DNA from: Candidatus Bilamarchaeum dharawalense
GTDB lineage: Archaea; Micrarchaeota; Micrarchaeia; Anstonellales; Bilamarchaeaceae
DNA: 64,000 nucleotides
Direction of reading: 5' to 3'
NCBI GenBank assembly: GCA_902386555.1
Contig: CABMJJ010000009.1
Location: forward strand, 345,870 to 409,869
In this document: piece after piece, positions 8,015 through 18,054 of the stretch
How the letters are laid out: the number at the start of each line of letters is the position of its first letter
How positions within the stretch are numbered: the stretch's first letter is position 1
Notes under the pieces: model-generated
Seen by the model: the letters and a program-made list of their open reading frames with translations, nothing else
What the model was told of the DNA's origin: nothing
Database searches by the model: none
Program-made: the position numbers and the translations under genes

Positions 8015-9826
8015 CTAACTGAGAGTAAGTACCTCTTTTTTGGGTTGTTTTTTCTTTCTATGCCTTGAACTGGCAACTATGATCAAATCTTTTGAAGATG
8101 CCTTGGCAGACGGATAGTTAACGAAAATTGGTCTGCGCCCACTTATCATGAACCATACTGATGATGCGCGAATGGCACTCCAAAAGAAGAATACCGAAAG
8201 TACACCAAACACAAGCGAAAACCAGATGAAGATTCTGGGAAGAACCAACCATTCAATCAGCAGCGGATAATTAACAAAAACAGCAAAGAAAATTATTGAA
8301 ATAATTAAATTGCGCAGGATTATGCTTCTTTGTGCTGCACCTGTTGTTTGAGAGAAAACAGTGGACAGTGTGTCAAGAAGACGTCTGAAGGAACTAAGAA
8401 TCCTATAGAGCGGAATAATTGAAACCAGTAGGAATACAAGAAAAACCAGGAAATCTGCACTTGCAGTATAACCCATAATAGCTATTGGAAATCGTAATAG
8501 GGAACGAGAAAACCAGAGGCTTACGCTGGCCACAGTAACAAATGCCAGGTCCCAGCGTATGGAAGTTAATTCGTTAACCAATCGGGTATGGAAGTAACCT
8601 TTTGGTTCGAATGCAGTCATAACATTTCTAAAGTAGCCTGATGCGTGTTTCAGAGTGTCCAAAAGATTCTGTGGGGTGTGGGTTTTTATCGCCAGATAAA
8701 TTTTATCGTATTTCCTCAAGCTAAAAGAGCATAGGATAGAACTAAACAAAACACCGACTGAGACAATGCTCACCAGATTGATTGGTACGATGCCAACACT
8801 TTCCCTGGCGATTAAAAGAGAAAATTCACCCAATGGGAGCATGGCAATACCAGCAAAAATAGCTGATTTGCCATCTGAGCCAATGAGATAGAAAACAAAG
8901 GACGTTGTTAGAAACACTGCAATCAGATAACTGATGACTAGAATAACGGTTACATCCAAGGATACAAAAAGCGCAGTTGGATCAATAAGCATGCCAACGG
9001 AAAGGAAGAAAAATGATGAGAAAACAACACTAAATGGTCTGATGGAACGTTCAAAATCCTTACCATTGGGAAGACCAGCTACGATGCTTCCTGCTAAAAA
9101 CGCACCAACTGCCGGTGTGAGACCAAGTAGGGAAGCAAGAGCACTCATCCCAATACCCAAAGCAAGTGAAACCATTGTCAGAGTATCCTCGGTTTGATAG
9201 CGGAAAAATATGATGGATAATTTCCTAAGTGCTCGAAGCAGAATAACATAGCAGAATATGAGGATACCAAGAGAAAGCAGGATGGCACCAAAAATTGATT
9301 GGGGATCATAGGTATTGGTTGTGAGATTTGAAAAAAAGGTAAGTAGAAAAACTGCCACTATATCTTCTATAATAAGCATGATAATGAGAAGCGGGACTTC
9401 CGTTCTTTCCAAGAGTTTTTTTTGCTCAAGAATTTTCATCATGATTGCAGTACTACTCATGGAGAAAACAGATGCAAGGAAAAGAGAGGAGAGGGAATCA
9501 AAACCAAGAATAATTGAAACTTCATGCATCGCAGCAAACATGATTAGTATAAGCAGAAATCCACTGATGACTGCCCTAAGACCGGTTGAGAATAATTTGG
9601 CAATACTGAATTCAACACCAACCATAAAAAGCAATAGAATTGAGCCAACTTCTGCAATAATTTCAATGGTGGACTGATCAACCACATTCAGTAAATTGGG
9701 ACCAATCAACATACCAGCAAAAAGAAGCCCAACCACTGGGGGGATCTTGAATCTAACTGAAAAAATTCCGGCCAGGGCAGCTAGAAGTAGCACCCAACCG
9801 AAATCAAACATATCTATTCCATTCAT
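8015..9826 (-). CDS. Cation/proton antiporter (CPA/Kef-like Na+/H+ exchanger domain) with an extra C-terminal membrane domain in place of a KTN/TrkA domain
   Basis: About 12 TM helices of Na_H-exchanger type, then 4-5 further hydrophobic helices. I set the start at the MNGIDMFDF methionine (cat at 9824-9826) to avoid overlapping the divergent gene at 9895. Confidence 0.6.
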   Translation of the reverse strand: MNGIDMFDFGWVLLLAALAGIFSVRFKIPPVVGLLFAGMLIGPNLLNVVDQSTIEIIAEVGSILLLFMVGVEFSIAKLFSTGLRAVISGFLLILIMFAAMHEVSIILGFDSLSSLFLASVFSMSSTAIMMKILEQKKLLERTEVPLLIIMLIIEDIVAVFLLTFFSNLTTNTYDPQSIFGAILLSLGILIFCYVILLRALRKLSIIFFRYQTEDTLTMVSLALGIGMSALASLLGLTPAVGAFLAGSIVAGLPNGKDFERSIRPFSVVFSSFFFLSVGMLIDPTALFVSLDVTVILVISYLIAVFLTTSFVFYLIGSDGKSAIFAGIAMLPLGEFSLLIARESVGIVPINLVSIVSVGVLFSSILCSFSLRKYDKIYLAIKTHTPQNLLDTLKHASGYFRNVMTAFEPKGYFHTRLVNELTSIRWDLAFVTVASVSLWFSRSLLRFPIAIMGYTASADFLVFLVFLLVSIIPLYRILSSFRRLLDTLSTVFSQTTGAAQRSIILRNLIISIIFFAVFVNYPLLIEWLVLPRIFIWFSLVFGVLSVFFFWSAIRASSVWFMISGRRPIFVNYPSAKASSKDLIIVASSRHRKKKQPKKEVLTLS

Positions 9827-9894
9827 GAAAACAACCGCATGGGATAAAACTAACTGCAAGAATGTATTAAAACCTTCTATGTGAATTTGCAAAT

Positions 9895-11154
9895 ATGGAA
9901 TTTTTCGTCGATTGTCTAGGGGCATCTAGGGAAGTTGGTCGAAGTGCATTCATGCTCCGCACGGACAAAAATATACTGTTGGATTATGGAATAAAAATTT
10001 TCGATGAAAGTAATCTTCCTAAATTTCCACTGGAAACCTCGCTCAAACCAGATATGATGCTTTTATCTCACGCCCATCTTGATCATAGTGGGTGTATCCC
10101 AGCACTTTATCGGGATAATAAGATTACCTGGTATTCCACCCCTCCAACAAAAGATATCTGCGAAATCCTTTGGCTGGATTCCATGAAAATTATGGGGGAT
10201 GGTTTACCCTACAGACTAGGGCATTTTAATAAAGCACTGAAACATTGGGATCCGTTGCTTTACAAAAAACCAATCCAAACTGGTCAAACAAGAATAGAAC
10301 TTTTTGATGCTGGCCATATTAGCGGTGCATCAATGATCGACATAGAGTATAAGGGAAAAACATTTTTTTACACTGGAGATTTCAAATGTGATGAAACCAT
10401 GATGCATAAGGGTGCCAAATTTATTGACGGAGTGGACACTTTGATGATAGAAAGCACCTATGCACAGAAGGACCACCCACCACGCAAAGAAGTTGAACAG
10501 AGACTGATGGAAGAAATTTACGACACTCTTGAGAGCGGAGGGAATGTCCTACTACCATCCTTTGCACTTGGCAGAACACAGGAATTGATCGCACTAATCA
10601 GAAGTTATGACGAGAATGTTCCCGTCTATGTGGATGGAATGGGAAAGGAAATATCAAGGATATATATGCAATATCCGAGTTATATTAAAGACCCGGAAAA
10701 GTTTAAACGAGCAATAAGAAGCGTGAATCTGGTTGCTGGGATACCAGATAAAAAAGCAGCCACTCGCCAACCATCTGTAATTATTACGAGTTCTGGGATG
10801 ATGAATGGTGGGCCAGTACTTAATTACCTATTTAATCTAAATAGTAATTCCAAAATTATTCTTACAGGTTATTGCGTTGAAGGAACCAACGGGAACACGT
10901 TATTGAATCAGGGATTTATTACCCAGGACGGGGAACAGCTTCAGGTGGACCTACCAATAGAATATCTTGATCTTTCAGCCCATGCAGGTAGAACTGATCT
11001 TATAAAATTCATCAAGAAAGCAGGTCCAGAGAAAGTTTTGTTGGTACATGGGGATCATCCAGAAGAATTTGCAAAGGAATTGAAAGAACAGCATGGATTT
11101 GATGCTCTGGCTCCACTACCGGGTGAGAGAGTAATTTTGGATGAAGAAAAATAG
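9895..11154 (+). CDS. Metallo-beta-lactamase / beta-CASP family ribonuclease (aCPSF2 or RNase J-like, no KH domains)
   Basis: HAHLDHSG (HxHxDH) motif, and C-terminal SAHAG and VHGDH motifs matching beta-CASP motifs B and C. 419 aa. Confidence 0.7.
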   Translation: MEFFVDCLGASREVGRSAFMLRTDKNILLDYGIKIFDESNLPKFPLETSLKPDMMLLSHAHLDHSGCIPALYRDNKITWYSTPPTKDICEILWLDSMKIMGDGLPYRLGHFNKALKHWDPLLYKKPIQTGQTRIELFDAGHISGASMIDIEYKGKTFFYTGDFKCDETMMHKGAKFIDGVDTLMIESTYAQKDHPPRKEVEQRLMEEIYDTLESGGNVLLPSFALGRTQELIALIRSYDENVPVYVDGMGKEISRIYMQYPSYIKDPEKFKRAIRSVNLVAGIPDKKAATRQPSVIITSSGMMNGGPVLNYLFNLNSNSKIILTGYCVEGTNGNTLLNQGFITQDGEQLQVDLPIEYLDLSAHAGRTDLIKFIKKAGPEKVLLVHGDHPEEFAKELKEQHGFDALAPLPGERVILDEEK

Positions 11155-11171
11155 ATTATAAAAATAAAAAA

Positions 11172-12338
11172 TTAGTTTCGTATTGGTGGACAGCGTGAAA
11201 CTGTTATGTCCGCCCATTTTGCAGCGAACGTGTCACCAGATGCAACCTGATTTACAGTAACAACAAATGCCTCGCCAGCAATTGACATTTCAAGTGATGC
11301 ACCTTCTTTGATTTTGCTTTTTTTGAGAACATTGTTTTGTGAATCAAGTATGGAAATAATTGCATAGACGCCGTCATTCTGATTAGCCAGATCATCGAGC
11401 TGAACCTTCATTCCTGCCCCCATGGTCAATGATTCACCTTGGTTCAAAAGTCCAGACACCTCAGGTTGTGCCTGGGTACAATCAGAAGCTTCGCATGGCA
11501 CACTAATATCTATTTTAGCCCATTTTGCAGCGAACGTGTCACCAGATGATAGTTGGGATACGGTCAAACGAATTACTTTTCCATCAACCACCATATCCTT
11601 GGTCTCACCTTGGGCAACCTTATCTTTCTTGATAACATTGCCGCAATTGTCCAGGATAGAGAAGATTGCCAGGGTGGAATCATCATGGGTTTCAAGATCA
11701 TCAAGTTGTAGTTTCAAACTTCCGATTGGAACAGACTCGCCTTGATTTAAAACACCTGAACCATAGGAATTTGACATACAGGCTGGAACTTGGATATTTG
11801 GAGTGCATTCGGGATTTTCTTCGCATGTTGCCTCCACTTTCAAAATTGCACCGCTGCTTTTTCCTTCAACATAGTAAGTGTCAACCATAGAAACAGTAAA
11901 GCTCCAAACAGAGACAACAACGTTGATTGCTTCTCCTTGGTATACTTTTGCGCTATTGATCTCATCACAATTTGGATCAGAAACACCAAAAACAACAAAT
12001 TTTCCTTTGGAATCCTGACCTACGTCACTAACGGTAAAATGAAGTTCTTCAACATCCAATGTTTGGCCCAGGCGAACATATTTTTGGATTGCCGTATCGC
12101 CACAGGTTAGCTTTGGCCCAGATTTACAAGTTGAAACATCAGTTGAACCAGCATCGGTTTGTTCGCTATCTCCACCATAATAGTAATTATTAGTGGTACC
12201 ACCACAGGCACTTAATGTACCTGCAACCAGTAAAGTGCCTACCCCCAATAGGGCTTTGTTTCTAAACCCATTGGCTTTCGAAACATCATGAGCAACATCG
12301 CTTCTAACTCGGTTTACATCTCTACTAATTCGTGTCAT
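11172..12338 (-). CDS. Secreted lipoprotein-like protein with two tandem copies of a roughly 100 aa domain
   Basis: N-terminal hydrophobic segment ending in LSAC (lipobox-like). Two repeats: GLLNQGESLTMGAG...SGDTFAAKWADI and GVLNQGESVPIGSL...SGDTFAAKWAKI. A 31-bp exact DNA repeat sits 306 bp apart. Confidence 0.5.
   Translation of the reverse strand: MTRISRDVNRVRSDVAHDVSKANGFRNKALLGVGTLLVAGTLSACGGTTNNYYYGGDSEQTDAGSTDVSTCKSGPKLTCGDTAIQKYVRLGQTLDVEELHFTVSDVGQDSKGKFVVFGVSDPNCDEINSAKVYQGEAINVVVSVWSFTVSMVDTYYVEGKSSGAILKVEATCEENPECTPNIQVPACMSNSYGSGVLNQGESVPIGSLKLQLDDLETHDDSTLAIFSILDNCGNVIKKDKVAQGETKDMVVDGKVIRLTVSQLSSGDTFAAKWAKIDISVPCEASDCTQAQPEVSGLLNQGESLTMGAGMKVQLDDLANQNDGVYAIISILDSQNNVLKKSKIKEGASLEMSIAGEAFVVTVNQVASGDTFAAKWADITVSRCPPIRN
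11212..11548. repeat. Intragenic tandem duplication. The 31-bp exact repeat gcccattttgcagcgaacgtgtcaccagatg occurs at 11212 and 11518 (period 306 bp).
   Basis: Exact string match seen in the sequence. It corresponds to the two protein repeats of the 11172-12338 gene. Confidence 0.8.
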
Positions 12339-12417
12339 TCAAACCCTCCTTAAAGTTATAACTAGTGATATTTTATAGGCAAATATTTAAAAGTGTGATA
12401 TTTTGGTTTTTTGTCTG

Positions 12418-13680
12418 TCACAGCTGGTCTATTATCACAAGTTCCTCACTGCAAGCTAGATGAGAGGGTGATTTTCTAAATTGTTTGAAAAAGTCCTTTA
12501 TTGCATCTTTTACCCCTATAATGGGCCTTTTCGCCTGGGCATAGATTTTATTATTTTTAAAAATAAATTTGGACGATTTGTGAATTTTCCTGAATTTTAG
12601 AACATGTTCCTTCATGTCAAGTGGAGGGCCTTCCAGCATCATTGTTGAAGATAATTTATCCTGCTCTATGACAACAGCTAGCTGAACCAGATGTTTATGG
12701 TCATCGGCAATGATTGTGGGTTTGAATTCTGAAAGATGAAGCTCAAGCTGACCGATCATCTTGTATATTTGGCCCCAAAGAACATCATCAACAATTTCTG
12801 GTCTGGGCATGGAAATAACAACGACCTTTTTGGTTTTGGCGAGTTTGGTGATTTTTTCTTCGAATGTGGGTGTTTCCTGGAAGAAGAATGATTCCGATGG
12901 TTTTTTCAAAAACTTGGCGCACAGTTTTGCAAATTTGATAAAATTCTCTTCAGAAACTGCAGCAGCAACATTGCGGTTTTTATCAGTTGGATCGATTACC
13001 GTAAGGTAACCAAATTTTTTTATGGCACCGTTGACTTCGTCTTTTTTATAATATTTTTTTATGTCAATGAACACAGGTGCTTTCCACTTTGATGCGGATT
13101 GTAATAATTTTCTGAAACCACCATAATGGAGAATGAGAAGTTCGCAAAGATAACCGGAAAATCCTTTGATTTTTATCTCTGCGCCGTAGAGTGAATTGGT
13201 GTGTAGAAATTTCTTCAACAAAAGCACATCATCTATCTGTTTATCTGGTAAATTTTTTCGGATAAAGTCCGTATGTAAAACCGAACGATCCACTGCACTT
13301 AGACGCTCGGAAGCATCATTAATCTTATAGGCAGGCACAAGGTCGATTCTACGACCCTCATACCTAAATCTAGCATAGGGATGTTCTGCATAGCTAAGCT
13401 GATAGTGGGTGTCTGGGAAACATGTTTCCATGATTTTTTTCAAGGCTGGTTCAAATGAAGTTTTTGGCACTTTACGATTGAAAAGAACAAAAATATCCAC
13501 ATCCTTTTTGTCATGGAGAAATGTTTTTTTTGCCATGGAACCAGTTAGAACGATTTCACAACCATGGGGAATGTGGGTTTTGATCCTGAATATCAGGACA
13601 TGACAAAAATTTAACTCTCTTTCAAACTCTTGAGGGGATGGTTTTATAACAGACAAAACCTTGGAAAAGATGGAATGCAT
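12418..13680 (-). CDS. cca: CCA-adding enzyme (tRNA nucleotidyltransferase, archaeal class I)
   Basis: GSMAKKTFLHDKKDVDIFVLF nucleotidyltransferase motif, plus YAEHPY and GAEIKIKGFSGYLCELL motifs characteristic of archaeal CCA enzymes. 420 aa. Confidence 0.85.
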   Translation of the reverse strand: MHSIFSKVLSVIKPSPQEFERELNFCHVLIFRIKTHIPHGCEIVLTGSMAKKTFLHDKKDVDIFVLFNRKVPKTSFEPALKKIMETCFPDTHYQLSYAEHPYARFRYEGRRIDLVPAYKINDASERLSAVDRSVLHTDFIRKNLPDKQIDDVLLLKKFLHTNSLYGAEIKIKGFSGYLCELLILHYGGFRKLLQSASKWKAPVFIDIKKYYKKDEVNGAIKKFGYLTVIDPTDKNRNVAAAVSEENFIKFAKLCAKFLKKPSESFFFQETPTFEEKITKLAKTKKVVVISMPRPEIVDDVLWGQIYKMIGQLELHLSEFKPTIIADDHKHLVQLAVVIEQDKLSSTMMLEGPPLDMKEHVLKFRKIHKSSKFIFKNNKIYAQAKRPIIGVKDAIKDFFKQFRKSPSHLACSEELVIIDQL

Positions 13681-13730
13681 AAATATGCTAACCTCGCAAG
13701 GTTTTAAAAGAACAATATTGAAAGACTCTC

Positions 13731-15989
13731 ATGCGCAGAATCATAGCCTTGTTACTTCTGTTTTTCATGGGTTTCGGATGTCTGGAGGAACATAGTTTCC
13801 CTGGCAATAAAACCGAACAGATGGTCTCTCTTAATGCAGTAGACTTGGACAGTGATGGAAATGTGGACTATTCTGTGTATGACTATGCGCCATTCCAAGT
13901 AAATGGAATGGAAGTTCAGAGACAGGTTACTGTATCCGTAAGAACCAGTGCAGTTTATACGTCCTATAATCCCACGTTAACTGATGTTAATCTTCTCCAA
14001 GCCGATCAAAGTTTAGAAGAATTTTCCAAGGCAAGAGCCCAGGCAGATATGGAATGCGGTAATAGGCTGGGCATCAGCAATGTGGTTTGCTCCAATACCC
14101 CAACATGTAAAGAACTCTGCTCTGCAGCATCGCTAAAATGCAAGAAAATTGCCATGTATTATGAAGAAGCTTTGTCCGATTCCATCCTTTCTTACATAAA
14201 AAATAATAACGACATGCGAACTTTGATTATGAATACAAGAAAATCCGTGCTTACCCTGAGACTGTCTGGAGATCAGAGCAGAAATGCATTTCTTCAGGAC
14301 ACACGAGATATTGTTTACAGTATAGCAGATGCCAATGCAAACCCAGTATATACCAATCAGAATTTTGATCTCTGTGATAAATCAGACTTCGGCGTAGGTT
14401 ATGTATTGGAAGCAGCAAAAAAAATAGGGAATTACGAAACTAAAAATGAGGAATATACTTATCGAGTAATTATATCCTTTATACCAACCCAAGCAGTAAC
14501 AGATGACCTTACTCTTAGTGGAGTTGGTATGGTTGATAGAATGCCAGCCCAGGCCATACCCCACCCAGAAGTAATTTCATCCAGACAGGGGATTATTGCA
14601 AACCAGAATGGACAGGATGTTTTTATCAGCTGGGATTCAAGCAAAAGCTCAAAAGAAGGATATGTGCTGATGTATACCTTTACATCCACAACTCCACCTG
14701 AAACCACGCTGGCAGCACTAAAAGTACCAGGAGTAAAAACTAAAAAAATAAGCCTAATTATTCTCGGACCAACAAATTTTGTACTTTTGACATTAACAGA
14801 TTTATTGAAAAATTACTATATTGCCTATGGTTTAGCACTTGGATTTACGCTGGCAGCCTTGTTTTTTTTGTATACTATTTTGATCCTTGTATTTACCCTG
14901 GTCAATGAAAAGGCAGGGGGTTCAACCTTCCTAACCGGGTTCAGGAAGGCATTTGGTAGAACTGATATACGCTGGAGAACAGATATGGTAGTGGCAGTGG
15001 TGTTGTTGGGAGTTGGATACTACATTGCTTCGGTTATGACTGCGCCACCACAGATGATTTTGGGTATATTGGAGTCCATTGATTTTCTTCTGAGAAATGA
15101 TATGGGCATGATAAGCATTACGCTTGTTTTCATGGGTTCGGTAATGAGCTATCTTGCTGTTGAAAATTTTGTGAAAATAATCATACTTGAACGCGCCTAT
15201 GGTATGGTGATACGACAGGAAAAGGACCTTTATCTTGCAAAGGCAAGCACCCTTAAAGATAGAATCAAAGAACTTGGCAAACTCATTGATGAGGATACTA
15301 AAGAAGACTTTGATGTGAGTAAGGAATATGATGTTTATTCTTCGGTTAAGCTTGAGAGAGTAGATGAATTGGCAAAGGACATGAATGCGCGCAACCGTGC
15401 ACTTATAGAAGAACAGTTGATACACGTTGAAAGTGCCATAAGTACACTTAGTGAAAGAAAGAAGGTGGCAGACGAAAATTGGACTAAATGGAAAGAAAAT
15501 ATAGCCAAGCTATTGGAAGAACAGGAAGAGGTCTATTCATCATCATTGGTTACCGTACCAGCATCTTTACGTGCCTGGGCACTGAGCAGATATGTAAAAG
15601 AAGCCTCGGCTGAGGGGGTGTATTTTGAACGGGATGCACTCAAAAAGAGGAAGGTGTCTCCAACCCAGTTGGTACAGGAAATGATTGAAAAACGCTTGAT
15701 AAACGGTGCTGTTGTCCTGAAGCAGGATAAGGTGCTGGTTTCAGAGTTTGATGAACATGGCGGAACTTTACAAACTGCACTTACCCTCAAACTAAGAACA
15801 TACCTTAATTCTCTTGCAAAAAACCTTGGACAGCACCCACCACAGAGCTTTGCGGCCATAGGAGACAAAAATGTCATAGTTATAATGAAGGACTATTCCA
15901 CCGAGGCAGTTCTGTTTTTGAATAAGGATAAATTCAAGGATGCTGTGGAACATTGGAGAGCTAAAATTAAGGTATTTGAAACCGGTTAG
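13731..15989 (+). CDS. Large hypothetical membrane protein: signal peptide, roughly 330 aa extracellular domain, a TM bundle, and a roughly 250 aa cytoplasmic coiled-coil C-terminus
   Basis: 752 aa. N-terminal hydrophobic leader. Hydrophobic helices from about residue 340 to 480. Charged heptad-rich C-terminal third. Confidence 0.45.
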   Translation: MRRIIALLLLFFMGFGCLEEHSFPGNKTEQMVSLNAVDLDSDGNVDYSVYDYAPFQVNGMEVQRQVTVSVRTSAVYTSYNPTLTDVNLLQADQSLEEFSKARAQADMECGNRLGISNVVCSNTPTCKELCSAASLKCKKIAMYYEEALSDSILSYIKNNNDMRTLIMNTRKSVLTLRLSGDQSRNAFLQDTRDIVYSIADANANPVYTNQNFDLCDKSDFGVGYVLEAAKKIGNYETKNEEYTYRVIISFIPTQAVTDDLTLSGVGMVDRMPAQAIPHPEVISSRQGIIANQNGQDVFISWDSSKSSKEGYVLMYTFTSTTPPETTLAALKVPGVKTKKISLIILGPTNFVLLTLTDLLKNYYIAYGLALGFTLAALFFLYTILILVFTLVNEKAGGSTFLTGFRKAFGRTDIRWRTDMVVAVVLLGVGYYIASVMTAPPQMILGILESIDFLLRNDMGMISITLVFMGSVMSYLAVENFVKIIILERAYGMVIRQEKDLYLAKASTLKDRIKELGKLIDEDTKEDFDVSKEYDVYSSVKLERVDELAKDMNARNRALIEEQLIHVESAISTLSERKKVADENWTKWKENIAKLLEEQEEVYSSSLVTVPASLRAWALSRYVKEASAEGVYFERDALKKRKVSPTQLVQEMIEKRLINGAVVLKQDKVLVSEFDEHGGTLQTALTLKLRTYLNSLAKNLGQHPPQSFAAIGDKNVIVIMKDYSTEAVLFLNKDKFKDAVEHWRAKIKVFETG

Positions 15990-16097
15990 TTTACCTAAAA
16001 TCCATGCCTTTATAAAGCCTTTTTTGCAATTATTTAGTGTTAAAAAGAAGCTAAAAAAATCACATTCTCTACGACGTGAATTTAGTAACAAGAATTA

Positions 16098-17996
16098 GTG
16101 GTAAAAATGAACGATGAAACAAATTATACTGCAAAAGAAATTCAGGTTCTGGCAGGCCTGGAAGGAGTACGAAAAAGGCCAGGAATGTACATAGGAGATA
16201 CTTACAAAAGAGGGCTTCACCATTTGGTGTTTGAGATCGTAGATAACTCCATTGATGAGGCATTGGCAGGTTATTGTAAGAACATAACCGTTGTTCTGAA
16301 CAAGGATGGGAGCACCGCCATAAAAGATGATGGAAGAGGCATCCCAGTGGACAAACATACCTCAGGCAAATCCGCTCTGGAAGTAGTGTCCAGCTCTCTG
16401 CATGCAGGCGGTAAATTTGAAAAAAAAGCCTATAAAGTTTCCGGTGGTCTGCATGGCGTTGGTATGAGCGTTGTAAATGCTCTTTCAGAATCCATGAGAA
16501 TAGATGTACACCGGGAGGGTAAAATCCATTCCATTGGTTATTCCAAGGGTAAAGTGGTCTCTCCCGTAAGCATTGTTGGGGATACAACCCACCGGGGCAC
16601 TGTTGTTACATTCAAACCAGACCCAACAATTTTCCAATCCTGTGAATTTGACTATGAGTATTTGAAAGAAAGGATAATGGAACTTGCATTTCTCAATAAA
16701 GGGCTGGTAATGCACCTTATTGATGAAAGAAATGGGAAAACCGAACAATTCTGCTACCAGGGTGGAATTGTTGAATTTGTCACCTATTTGAATCAGGCAA
16801 GAAATAGGTTACATGACCCGGTTTATTTCACTAAAAAAGCAGATCACATCGAAATCGAGGTTGCCCTCCAATACACAGACAGCTACAATGAGATGATATA
16901 CAGTTTTGTTAATGATATTAAAACCATTGAAGGAGGTACCCATTTGGTTGGGTTCAGAACAGCAGTTACCAGAGCAGTAAATGATTTTGCCAGATCCAAC
17001 AAGCTCATAAAAGAGGACCATAAGCTCACCGGTGACGATGCAATAGAAGGGATGACAGCTATCCTGAGCTTAAAAATACCAGAACCCCAATTTGAAGGCC
17101 AGACTAAAACTAAACTGGGAAATAGTGAGGTTAGAGGCTACGTAGACAGCATGCTTTATGATGCACTAAAAACCTATTTTGAAGAACACCCACAGGAAGC
17201 TAAACAGGTCATGAACAAAGTAGTAAATGCCATGGAAGCCAGAGAAGCGGCTCAGAAGGCTAAGGAATTAATCAGAAGGAAAAATGTATTTGAAAGTTCG
17301 ATTTTGCCTGGTAAATTAGCTGATTGTAGTGAAGAAGATCCGGCAAAATCAGAGATATATTTCGTGGAAGGTGATTCTGCAGGCGGTTCATCAAAACAGG
17401 CCAGAGATCGAAGAACCCAGGCCATTTTGCCATTACGAGGTAAAATCCTGAATGTGGAAAAGGCACCCATGCACAAGGTGCTGACAAGCGAGGAAATAAA
17501 AAATATTGTTGTATCCATCGGTGCCGGCTTCAAGGATGATTTTGATGTGAAGAAGGTTAGATATCATAAGATAATTATTATGACTGATGCTGATGTGGAT
17601 GGATCGCACATTAGAACGCTTATACTTACCCTATTCTATCGTTATTTCCGTTCGGTAATCGAACAGGGCTATCTTTACATTGCCCAACCGCCACTTTACC
17701 GAATCCAAAAAGGAAAACACATACAATATGCCTACAGTGATGCCCAACTTGCTGAAATCCTAAAACAGGTTGGTGAGGGCTCGGGAATACAAAGATACAA
17801 AGGTTTGGGTGAAATGAACCCAACCCAGTTATGGGAAACAACCATGAACCCTGAAACCAGAACCCTCAAGAAGGTCACAATTGAGGATGGAATTGTTGCA
17901 GATGAGCTATTCACCATCTTGATGGGAGATCAGGTTGAACCAAGAAAGAAGTTCATTGAAGAGCATGCTGCTTTGGTGAAGAACCTCGACATTTGA
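16098..17996 (+). CDS. gyrB: DNA gyrase subunit B
   Basis: GHKL ATPase motifs (LAGLEGVRKRPGMYIG, GGLHGVG) and the Toprim motif EGDSAGG. 632 aa. Immediately upstream of gyrA. Confidence 0.95.
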   Translation: MVKMNDETNYTAKEIQVLAGLEGVRKRPGMYIGDTYKRGLHHLVFEIVDNSIDEALAGYCKNITVVLNKDGSTAIKDDGRGIPVDKHTSGKSALEVVSSSLHAGGKFEKKAYKVSGGLHGVGMSVVNALSESMRIDVHREGKIHSIGYSKGKVVSPVSIVGDTTHRGTVVTFKPDPTIFQSCEFDYEYLKERIMELAFLNKGLVMHLIDERNGKTEQFCYQGGIVEFVTYLNQARNRLHDPVYFTKKADHIEIEVALQYTDSYNEMIYSFVNDIKTIEGGTHLVGFRTAVTRAVNDFARSNKLIKEDHKLTGDDAIEGMTAILSLKIPEPQFEGQTKTKLGNSEVRGYVDSMLYDALKTYFEEHPQEAKQVMNKVVNAMEAREAAQKAKELIRRKNVFESSILPGKLADCSEEDPAKSEIYFVEGDSAGGSSKQARDRRTQAILPLRGKILNVEKAPMHKVLTSEEIKNIVVSIGAGFKDDFDVKKVRYHKIIIMTDADVDGSHIRTLILTLFYRYFRSVIEQGYLYIAQPPLYRIQKGKHIQYAYSDAQLAEILKQVGEGSGIQRYKGLGEMNPTQLWETTMNPETRTLKKVTIEDGIVADELFTILMGDQVEPRKKFIEEHAALVKNLDI

Positions 17997-18054
17997 TGAT
18001 TACTATGACATTGAACGACATCTCGTTCAATTATAAAAATTTGGGGAAATTTTT

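Noticed and set aside
9827-9925. N-terminal extension of the antiporter ORF (track start 9925) overlapping the divergent beta-CASP gene
   Set aside because: The extension (MPLDNRRKIPYLQIHIEGFNTFLQ…) is not hydrophobic and would overlap the divergent gene start by 31 bp. The internal Met at 9826 directly precedes the first TM helix.
15990-16097. tttataaag at about 16008 as the gyrB TATA box
   Set aside because: It lies about 90 bp upstream of the start codon, which is too far for a typical archaeal TATA box at about -26 from the TSS, given the usually short leaders. It is left unannotated.
14931-17021. Minus-strand ORFs 14931-15425, 15533-15877, 15792-16091, 16069-16587, 16485-16748 and 16809-17021, overlapping the 752-aa gene and gyrB
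   Set aside because: They lie antisense to genes with strong motif support (gyrB). Their Cys/His/Phe-rich low-complexity translations are typical of AT-rich antisense frames.
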